Source: Auanema rhodensis
Taxonomy: Eukaryota; Animalia; Nematoda
Direction of reading: 5' to 3'
Length of the DNA: 64,000 nt
Assembly: GCA_964057225.1 (NCBI GenBank)
Contig: OZ059897.1
Coordinates: forward strand, 3,100,001-3,164,000
Numbering within the stretch: the stretch's first letter is position 1; each line of letters opens with the position of its first letter. Under the pieces are notes generated by a model, which had not been told where the DNA came from, ran no database searches, and saw only the letters and a program-made list of their open reading frames with translations. Positions 1-10,600 of this stretch are shown one piece after another. A program made the translations under genes and the position numbers.

Positions 1-89
1 TTGAAAAAAGGAATCTAAAAACATCTACTTTTCGTGAAATTATTTAGAAATTTTTCGGGAAAATTTTTGTCAAAATGTTTTTGGAAGCA

Positions 90-117
90 ATGTTGAGTGT
101 ACATGGGAACTCAACAT
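90..117. other. Perfect 9-bp inverted repeat ATGTTGAGT-(10 nt)-ACTCAACAT, present in each monomer (first copy given)
   Basis: 90-98 is the reverse complement of 109-117. The common A>G variant (ACTCAGCAT) would leave a G-T/U wobble. Confidence 0.93.
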
Positions 118-194
118 ACACTAATGCATTATTTTTCAAACGATCATAACTAATTTTTTATAGAGCGTTTCTCAATGTAGTATAGTGCATTCGA

Positions 195-253
195 TGCGGA
201 TTTTTAAGCTGCGTCGATCTGTGTTATCAGATTTGAGTTAGCTTAAAAATGCA
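195..253. other. Large concentric inverted repeat in each monomer: ATTTTTAAGCT (200-210) / AGCTTAAAAAT (240-250), inner ATCTG (217-221) / CAGAT (228-232), loop TGTTAT
   Basis: Both arm pairs are exact reverse complements and share a centre at about 224.5-225. TGC (195-197) / GCA (251-253) extends the stem past a GG bulge. Confidence 0.93.
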
Positions 254-258
254 CCGAG

Positions 259-272
259 ATATCAACTGATAT
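259..272. other. Short dyad ATATCA-AC-TGATAT in each monomer
   Basis: 259-264 is the reverse complement of 267-272. It is disrupted in monomers carrying the GATTTATG variant. Confidence 0.85.
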
Positions 273-310
273 ATGTTCACACTTATATCCTCGATTTTCA
301 CCCTGAAGAA

Positions 311-333
311 ATGATTTTTTCGTTGAAAAACAT
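311..333. other. Imperfect palindrome AT-GATTTTTTC-GTT-GAAAAAC-AT, the segment lost in 330-bp monomers
   Basis: TTTTTC (316-321) is the reverse complement of GAAAAA (325-330), with AT at both ends. Confidence 0.8.
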
Positions 334-350
334 TGTCCATCGTATTCGTC

Positions 351-701
351 TTGAAAAAAGGAATCTAAAAACATCTACTTTTTGTGAAATTATTTAGAAA
401 TTTTTCGGGAAAATTTTTGTCAAAATGTTTTTGGAAGCAATGTTGAGTGTACATGGGAACTCAACATACACTAATGCATCATTTTTCAAACGATCATAAC
501 TTATTTTTGTATAGAGCGTTTCTCAATGTAGTTTAGTGCATTCGATGCGGATTTTTAAGCTGCGTCGATCTGTGTTATCAGATTTGAGTTAGCTTAAAAA
601 TGCACCGAGATATCAACTGATATATGTTCACACTTATATCCTCGATTTTCACCCTGAAGAAATGATTTTTTCGTTGAAAAACATTGTCCATCGTATTCGT
701 C
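351..701. repeat. Representative full-length 351-bp monomer (single BsrGI TGTACA, NsiI ATGCAT and EcoRV GATATC sites; two AluI AGCT sites)
   Basis: Start-to-start distance 351->702. The sites are read directly from the sequence. Confidence 0.97.
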
Positions 702-3700
702 TTGAAAAAAGGAATCTAAAAACATCTACTTTTTGTGAAATTATTTAGAAATTTTTCGGGAAAATTTTTGTCAAAATGTTTTTGGAAGCAATGTTGAGTG
801 TACATGGGAACTCAGCATACACTAATGCATTATTTTTCAAACGATCATAACTAATTTTTGTATAGAGTGTTTCTCAATGTAGTATAGTGCATTCGATGCG
901 GATTTTTAAGCTGCGTCGATCTGTGTTATCAGATTTGAGTTAGCTTAAAAATGCACCGAGATATCAACTGATATATGTTCACACTTATATCCTCGATTTT
1001 CACCCTGAAGAAATGATTTTTTCGTTGAAAAACATTGTCCATCGTATTTGTCTTGAAAAAAGGAATCTAAAAACATCTACTTTTCGTGAAATTATTTAGA
1101 AATTTTTCGGGAAAATTTTTGTCAAAATGTTTTTGGAAGCAATGTTGAGTGTACATGGGAACTCAACATACACTAATGCATTATTTTTCAAACGATCATA
1201 ACTAATTTTTTTATAGAGCGTTTCTCAATGTAGTATAGTGCATTCGATGCGGATTTTTAAGCTGCGTCGATCTGTGTTATCAGATTTGAGTTAGCTTAAA
1301 AATGCACCGAGATATCAACTGATATATGTTCACACTTATATCCTCGATTTTCACCCTGAAGAAATGATTTTTTCGTTGAAAAACATTGTCCATCGTATTC
1401 GTCTTGAAAAAAGGAATCTAAAAACATCTACTTTTTGTGAAATTATTTAGAAATTTTTCGGGAAAATTTTTGTCAAAATGTTTTTGGAAGCAATGTTGAG
1501 TGTACATGGGAACTCAACATACACTAATGCATCATTTTTCAAACGATCATAACTTATTTTTGTATAGAGCGTTTCTCAATGTAGTTTAGTGCATTCGATG
1601 CGGATTTTTAAGCTGCGTCGATCTGTGTTATCAGATTTGCGCTAGCTTAAAAATACACCGAGATATCAACTGATATATGTTCACACTTATATTCTCGATT
1701 TTCACCCTGAAGAATTAATTTTTTCGTTGAATAACATTGTCCATCGTCTTCGTCTTGAAAAAAGGAATCTAAAAACATCTACATTTTGTGAAATTATTTA
1801 GAAATTTTTCGGGAAAATTTTTGTCAAAATGTTTTTGAAAGCAATGTTGAGTGTACATGGAAACTCAACATACACTAATGCATCATTTTTCAAACGATCA
1901 TAGCTAATTTTTGTATGGAGCGTTTCTCAATGTAGTATAGTGCATTCGATGCGGATTTTTAAGCTGCGTTGATCTGTGTTATCAGATTTGCGCTAGCTTA
2001 AAAATGCACCGAGTAATCAACTGATATAGGTTCACACTTATATCCTCGATTTTCACCCTGAAGAATTAATTTTTTCGTTGAATAACATTGTCCATTGTTT
2101 TTGCCTTGAAAAAAGAAATCTAAAAACTCCTACTTTTTGTGAAATTATTTAGAAATTTTTCGGGAAAATTTTTGTCACAATGTTTTTGGAAGCAATGTTG
2201 AGTGTACATGGGAACTCAGCATACACTAATGCCTTATTTTTCAAACGATCATAACTAATTTTTGTATAGAGCGTTTCTCAATGTAGTATAGTGCATTCGA
2301 TGCGGATTTTTAAGCTGCGTCGATCTGTGTTATCAGATTTGAGTTAGCTTAAAAATGCACCGAGATATCAACTGATATATGTTCACACTTATATCCTCGA
2401 TTTTCACCCTGAAGAAATGATTTTTTCGTTGAAAAACATTGTCCATCGTATTCGTCTTGAAAAAAGGAATCTAAAAACATCTACTTTTTGTGAAATTATT
2501 CAGAAATTTTTCGGGAAAATTTTTGTCAAAATGTTTTTGGAAGCAATGTTGAGTGTACATGGGAACTCAGCATACACTAATGCATTATTTTTCAAACGAT
2601 CATAACTAATTTTTGTATAGAGCGTTTCTCAATGTAGTATAGTGCATTCGATGCGGATTTTTAAGCTGCGTCGATCTGTGTTATCAGATTTGAGTTAGCT
2701 TAAAAATGCACCGAGATATCAACTGATATATGTTCACACTTATATCCTCGATTTTCACCCTGAAGAATTAATTTTTTCGTTGAATAACATTGTCCATCGT
2801 CTTCGTCTTGAAAAAAGGAATCTAAAAACATCTACATTTTGTGAAATTATTTAGAAATTTTTCGGGAAAATTTTTGTCAAAATGTTTTTGAAAGCAATGT
2901 TGAGTGTACATGGAAACTCAACATACACTAATGCATCATTTTTCAAACGATCATAGCTAATTTTTGTATTGAGCGTTTCTCAATGTAGTATAGTGCGATC
3001 GATGCGGATTTTTAAGCTGCGTCGATCTGTGTTATCAGATTTGCGCTAGCTTAAAAATGCACCGAGATATCAACTGATATAAGTTCACACTTATATCCTC
3101 GATTTTCACCCTGAAGAATTAATTTTTTCGTTGAATAACATTGTCCATCGTTTTCGCCTTGAAAAAAGGAATCTAAAAACATCTACTTTTTGTGAAATTA
3201 TTTAGAAATTTTTCGGGAAAATTTTTGTCAAAATGTTTTTGGAAGCAATGTTGAGTGTACATGGGAACTCAACATACACTAATGCATTATTTTTCAAACG
3301 ATCATAACTTATTTTTGTATAGAGCGTTTCTCAATGTAGTATAGTGCATTCGATGCGGATTTTTAAGCTGCGTCGATCTGTGTTATCAGATTTGAGTTAG
3401 CTTAAAAATGCACCGAGATATCAACTGATATATGTTCACACTTATATCCTCGATTTTCACCCTGAAGAACTTGTCCATCGTCTTTGTCTTGAAAAAAGGA
3501 ATCTAAAAACATCTACGTTTTGTGAAATTATTTAGAAATTTTTCGGGAAAATTTTTGTCAAAATGTTTTTGGAAGCAATGTTGAGTGTACATGGGAACTC
3601 AACATACACTAATGCATTATTTTTCAAACGATCATAACTAATTTCTGTAAATAGCGTTTCTCAATGTAGTATAGTGCATTCGATGCGAATTTTTAAGCTG

Positions 3701-6700
3701 CGTCGATCTGTGTTATCAGATTTGAGTTAGCTTAAAAATGCACCGAGATATCAACTGATATATGTTCACACTTATATCCTCGATTTTCACCCTGAAGAAA
3801 TAGTTTTTTCGTTGAAAAACATTGTCCATCGTCTTTGACTTGAAAAAAGGAATCTAAAAACATCTACTTTTTGTGAAATTATTTAGAAATTTTTCGGGAA
3901 AAGTTTTGTCAAAATGTTTTTGGAAGCAATGTTGAGTGTACATGGGAACTCAACATACACTAATGCATTATTTTTCAAACGATCATAACTTATTTTTGTA
4001 TAGAGCGTTTCTCAATGTAGTATAGTGCATTCGATGCGGATTTTTAAGCTGCGTCGATCTGTGTTATCAGATTTGAGTTAGCTTAAAAATGCACCGAGAT
4101 ATCAACTGATATATGTTCACACTTATATCCTCGACTTTCACCCTGAAGAAATAGTTTTTTCGTTGAAAAACATTGTCCATCGTCTTTGCCTTGAAAAAAG
4201 GAATCTAAAAACATCTACTTTTTGTGAAATTATTTAGAAATTTTTCGGGAAAATTTTTGTCACAATGTTTTTGAAAGCAATGTTGAGTGTACATGGAAAC
4301 TCAACATACACTAATGCATCATTTTTCAAACGATCATAGCTAATTTTTGTATTGAGCGTTTCTCAATGTAGTATAGTGCATTCGATGCGGATTTTTAAGC
4401 TGCGTCGATCTGTGTTATCAGATTTGCGCTAGCTTGAAAATGCACCGAGATATCAACTGATATAGGTTCACACTTATATCCTCGATTTTCACCCTGAAGA
4501 ATTAATTTTTTCGTTGAATAACATTGTCCATCGTTTTCGCCTTGAAAAAAGGAATCTAAAAACATCTACTTTTTGTGAAATTATTTAGAAATTTTTCGGG
4601 AAAATTTTTGTCAAAATGTTTTTGGAAGCAATGTTGAGTGTACATGGGAACTCAACATACACTAATGCATTATTTTTCAAACGATCATAACTTATTTCTG
4701 TAAATAGCGTTTCTCAATGTAGTATAGTGCATTCGATGCGGATTTTTAAGCTGCGTCGATCTGTGTTATCAGATTTGAGTTAGCTTAAAAATGCACCGAG
4801 ATATCAACTGATATATGTTCACACTTATATCCTCGATTTTCACCCTGAAGAAATTGTCCATCGTCTTTGTCTTGAAAAAAGGAATCTAAAAACATCTACG
4901 TTTTGTGAAATTATTTAGAAATTTTTCGGGAAAATTTTTGTCACAATGTTTTTGAAAGCAATGTTGAGTGTACATGGAAACTCAACATACACTAATGCAT
5001 TATTTTTCAAACGATCATAACTAATTTCTGTATTGAGCGTTTCTCAATGTAGTATAGTGCATTCGATGCGAATTTTTAAGCTGCGTCGATCTGTGTTATC
5101 AGATTTGAGTTAGCTTGAAAATGCACCGAGATATCAACTGATATATGTTCACACTTATATCCTCGATTTTCACCCTGAAGAAATAGTTTTTTCGTTGAAA
5201 AACATTGTCCATCGTCTTTGACTTGAAAAAAGGAATCTAAAAACATCTACTTTTTGTGAAATTATTTAGAAATTTTTCGGGAAAAGTTTTGTCAAAATGT
5301 TTTTGGAAGCAATGTTGAGTGTACATGGGAACTCAACATACACTAATGCATTATTTTTCAAACGATCATAACTTATTTTTGTATAGAGCGTTTCTCAATG
5401 TAGTATAGTGCATTCGATGCGGATTTTTAAGCTGCGTCGATCTGTGTTATCAGATTTGAGTTAGCTTAAAAATGCACCGAGATATCAACTGATATATGTT
5501 CACACTTATATCCTCGACTTTCACCCTGAAGAAATAGTTTTTTCGTTGAAAAACATTGTCCATCGTCTTTGCCTTGAAAAAAGGAATCTAAAAACATCTA
5601 CTTTTTGTGAAATTATTTAGAAATTTTTCGGGAAAAGTTTTGTCACAATGTTTTTGAAAGCAATGTTGAGTGTACATGGAAACTCAACATACACTAATGC
5701 ATCATTTTTCAAACGATCATAGCTAATTTTTGTATTGAGCGTTTCTCAATGTAGTATAGTGCATTCGATGCGGATTTTTAAGCTGCGTCGATCTGTGTTA
5801 TCAGATTTGAGTTAGCTTAAAAATGCACCGAGATATCAACTGATATATGTTCACACTTATATCCTCGACTTTCACCCTGAAGAAATAGTTTTTTCGTTGA
5901 AAAACATTGTCCATCGTCTTTGCCTTGAAAAAAGGAATCTAAAAACATCTACTTTTTGTGAAATTATTTAGAAATTTTTCGGGAAAATTTTTGTCACAAT
6001 GTTTTTGAAAGCAATGTTGAGTGTACATGGAAACTCAACATACACTAATGCATCATTTTTCAAACGATCATAGCTAATTTTTGTATTGAGCGTTTCTCAA
6101 TGTAGTATAGTGCATTCGATGCGGATTTTTAAGCTGCGTCGATCTGTGTTATCAGATTTGCGCTAGCTTGAAAATGCACCGAGATATCAACTGATATAGG
6201 TTCACACTTATATCCTCGATTTTCACCCTGAAGAATTAATTTTTTCGTTGAATAACATTGTCCATCGTTTTCGCCTTGAAAAAAGGAATCTAAAAACATC
6301 TACTTTTTGTGAAATTATTTAGAAATTTTTCGGGAAAATTTTTGTCAAAATGTTTTTGGAAGCAATGTTGAGTGTACATGGGAACTCAACATACACTAAT
6401 GCATTATTTTTCAAACGATCATAACTTATTTCTGTAAATAGCGTTTCTCAATGTAGTATAGTGCATTCGATGCGGATTTTTAAGCTGCGTCGATCTGTGT
6501 TATCAGATTTGAGTTAGCTTAAAAATGCACCGAGATATCAACTGATATATGTTCACACTTATATCCTCGATTTTCACCCTGAAGAAATTGTCCATCGTCT
6601 TTGTCTTGAAAAAAGGAATCTAAAAACATCTACGTTTTGTGAAATTATTTAGAAATTTTTCGGGAAAATTTTTGTCACAATGTTTTTGAAAGCAATGTTG

Positions 6701-7277
6701 AGTGTACATGGAAACTCAACATACACTAATGCATTATTTTTCAAACGATCATAACTAATTTCTGTATTGAGCGTTTCTCAATGTAGTATAGTGCATTCGA
6801 TGCGGATTTTTAAGCTGCGTCGATCTGTGTTATCAGATTTGCGCTAGCTTGAAAATGCACCGAGATATCAACTGATATAGGTTCACACTTATATCCTCGA
6901 TTTTCACCCTGAAGAATTGATTTTTTCGTTGAATAACATTGTCCATCGTTTTCGCCTTGAAAAAAGGAATCTAAAAACATCTACTTTTTGTGAAATTATT
7001 TAGAAATTTTTCGGGAAAATTTTTGTCAAAATGTTTTTGAAAGCAATGTTGAGTGTACATGGAAACTCAACATACACTAATGCATTATTTTTCAAACGAT
7101 CATAACTAATTTCTGTAAATAGCGTTTCTCAATGTAGTATAGTGCATTCGATGCGGATTTTTAAGCTGCGTCGATCTGTGTTATCAGATTTGAGTTAGCT
7201 TAAAAATGCACCGAGATATCAACTGATATATGTTCACACTTATATCCTCGATTTTCACCCTGAAGAAATTGTCCATC

Positions 7278-7617
7278 GTCTTTGTCTTGAAAAAAGGAAT
7301 CTAAAAACATCTACGTTTTGTGAAATTATTTAGAAATTTTTCGGGAAAATTTTTGTCAAAATGTTTTTGGAAGCAATGTTGAGTGTACATGGGAACTCAA
7401 CATACACTAATGCATTATTTTTCAAACGATCATAACTAATTTCTGTAAATAGCGTTTCTCAATGTAGTATAGTGCATTCGATGCGGATTTTTAAGCTGCG
7501 TCGATCTGTGTTATCAGATTTGAGTTAGCTTAAAAATGCACCGAGATATCAACTGATATATGTTCACACTTATATCCTCGATTTTCACCCTGAAGAAATT
7601 GTCCATCGTCTTTGTCT
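7278..7617. repeat. Example of 330-bp deletion monomers (two adjacent junctions at about 7268 and 7598)
   Basis: GAAGAAATTGTCC replaces GAAGAAATGATTTTTTCGTTGAAAAACATTGTCC. The junction spacing is 330 bp. Confidence 0.9.
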
Positions 7618-10600
7618 TGAAAAAAGGAATCTAAAAACATCTACGTTTTGTGAAATTATTTAGAAATTTTTCGGGAAAATTTTTGTCAAAATGTTTTTGG
7701 AAGCAATGTTGAGTGTACACGGGAACTCAACATACACTAATGCATTATTTTTCAAACGATCATAACTAATTTCTGTAAATAGCGTTTCTCAATGTAGTAT
7801 AGTGCATTCGATGCGAATTTTTAAGCTGCGTCGATCTGTGTTATCAGATTTGAGTTAGCTTAAAAATGCACCGAGATATCAACTGATATATGTTCACACT
7901 TTTATCCTCGATTTTCACCCTGAAGAAATAGTTTTTTCGTTGAAAAACATTGTCCATCGTCTTTGCCTTGAAAAAAGGAATCTAAAAACATCTACTTTTT
8001 GTGAAATTATTTAGAAATTTTTCGGGAAAATTTTTGTCAAAATGTTTTTGGAAGCAATGTTGAGTGTACATGGGAACTCAACATACACTAATGCATCATT
8101 TTTCAAACGATCATAACTTATTTTTGTATAGAGCGTTTCTCAATGTAGTTTAGTGCATTCGATGCGGATTTTTAAGCTGCGTCGATCTGTGTTATCAGAT
8201 TTGCGCTAGCTTAAAAATGCACCGAGATATCAACTGATATATGTTCACACTTATATTCTCGATTTTCACCCTGAAGAATTAATTTTTTCGTTGAATAACA
8301 TTGTCCATCGTCTTCGTCTTGAAAAAAGGAATCTAAAAACATCTACATTTTGTGAAATTATTTAGAAATTTTTCGGGAAAATTTTTGTCAAAATGTTTTT
8401 GAAAGCAATGTTGAGTGTACATGGAAACTCAACATACACTAATGCATCATTTTTCAAACGATCATAGCTTATTTTTGTATTGAGCGTTTCTCAATGTAGT
8501 ATAGCGCATTCGATGCGGATTTTTAAGCTGCGTCGATCTGTGTTATCAGATTTGCGCTAGCTTAAAAATGCACCGAGATATCAACTGATATAAGTTCACA
8601 CTTATATCCTCGATTTTCACCCTGAAGAATTAATTTTTTCGTTGAATAACATTGTCCATCGTCTTTGTCTTGAAAAAAGGAATCTAAAAACATCTACTTT
8701 TTGTGAAATTATTCAGAAATTTTTCGGGAAAATTTTTGTCAAAATGTTTTTGGAAGCAATGTTGAGTGTATATGGGAACTCAACATACACTAATGCATCA
8801 TTTTTCAAACGATCATAACTTATTTTTGTATAGAGCGTTTCTCAATGTAGTATAGTGCATTCGATGCGGATTTTTAAGCTGCGTCGATCTGTGTTATCAG
8901 ATTTGAGTTAGCTTAAAAATGCACCGAGATATCAACTGATATATGTTCACACTTATATCCTCGATTTTCACCCTGAAGAAATAGTTTTTTCGTTGAAAAA
9001 CATTGTCCATCGTCTTTGACTTGAAAAAAGGAATCTAAAAACATCTACTTTTTGTGAAATTATTTAGAAATTTTTCGGGAAAAGTTTTGTCAAAATGTTT
9101 TTGGAAGCAATGTTGAGTGTACATGGGAACTCAACATACACTAATGCATTATTTTTCAAACGATCATAACTTATTTTTGTATAGAGCGTTTCTCAATGTA
9201 GTATAGTGCATTCGATGCGGATTTTTAAGCTGCGTCGATCTGTGTTATCAGATTTGAGTTAGCTTAAAAATGCACCGAGATATCAACTGATATATGTTCA
9301 CACTTATATCCTCGACTTTCACCCTGAAGAAATAGTTTTTTCGTTGAAAAACATTGTCCATCGTCTTTGCCTTGAAAAAAGGAATCTAAAAACATCTACT
9401 TTTTGTGAAATTATTTAGAAATTTTTCGGGAAAATTTTTGTCACAATGTTTTTGAAAGCAATGTTGAGTGTACATGGAAACTCAACATACACTAATGCAT
9501 CATTTTTCAAACGATCATAGCTAATTTTTGTATTGAGCGTTTCTCAATGTAGTATAGTGCATTCGATGCGGATTTTTAAGCTGCGTCGATCTGTGTTATC
9601 AGATTTGCGCTAGCTTGAAAATGCACCGAGATATCAACTGATATAGGTTCACACTTATATCCTCGATTTTCACCCTGAAGAATTAATTTTTTCGTTGAAT
9701 AACATTGTCCATCGTTTTCGCCTTGAAAAAAGGAATCTAAAAACATCTACTTTTTGTGAAATTATTTAGAAATTTTTCGGGAAAATTTTTGTCAAAATGT
9801 TTTTGGAAGCAATGTTGAGTGTACATGGGAACTCAACATACACTAATGCATTATTTTTCAAACGATCATAACTTATTTCTGTAAATAGCGTTTCTCAATG
9901 TAGTATAGTGCATTCGATGCGGATTTTTAAGCTGCGTCGATCTGTGTTATCAGATTTGAGTTAGCTTAAAAATGCACCGAGATATCAACTGATATATGTT
10001 CACACTTATATCCTCGATTTTCACCCTGAAGAAATTGTCCATCGTCTTTGTCTTGAAAAAAGGAATCTAAAAACATCTACGTTTTGTGAAATTATTTAGA
10101 AATTTTTCGGGAAAATTTTTGTCACAATGTTTTTGAAAGCAATGTTGAGTGTACATGGAAACTCAACATACACTAATGCATTATTTTTCAAACGATCATA
10201 ACTAATTTCTGTATTGAGCGTTTCTCAATGTAGTATAGTGCATTCGATGCGGATTTTTAAGCTGCGTCGATCTGTGTTATCAGATTTGCGCTAGCTTGAA
10301 AATGCACCGAGATATCAACTGATATAGGTTCACACTTATATCCTCGATTTTCACCCTGAAGAATTGATTTTTTCGTTGAATAACATTGTCCATCGTTTTC
10401 GCCTTGAAAAAAGGAATCTAAAAACATCTACTTTTTGTGAAATTATTTAGAAATTTTTCGGGAAAATTTTTGTCAAAATGTTTTTGGAAGCAATGTTGAG
10501 TGTACATGGGAACTCAACATACACTAATGCATTATTTTTCAAACGATCATAACTTATTTCTGTAAATAGCGTTTCTCAATGTAGTATAGTGCATTCGATG

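Noticed and set aside
30-62. CENP-B box-like TTCG...CGGG
   Set aside because: The spacing does not fit TTCGNNNNANNCGGG. In the consensus, TTCG and CGGG overlap within TTTTCGGGAAAA.
195-253. Rho-independent terminator reading of the hairpins
   Set aside because: There is no upstream gene, the stems are AT-rich, and the context is a eukaryote-type satellite.
351-701. Monomer as a diverged dimer of ~175-bp halves
   Set aside because: I see no similarity between the halves by eye. A self-alignment would be needed to exclude very old homology.
351-701. 5S rRNA, tRNA or snRNA tandem gene unit
   Set aside because: I recognise no 5S, tRNA cloverleaf or Pol III box motifs, and frequent T-runs would terminate Pol III. 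An Infernal/Rfam scan would be the formal test.
2417-2605. 62-aa ORF (and its near-copy at 22565-22753)
   Set aside because: It exists only because a TAG>CAG SNP (ATTCAGAAA) removes a stop in the satellite monomer. Almost all other copies are closed, and there is no recognisable protein or gene context.
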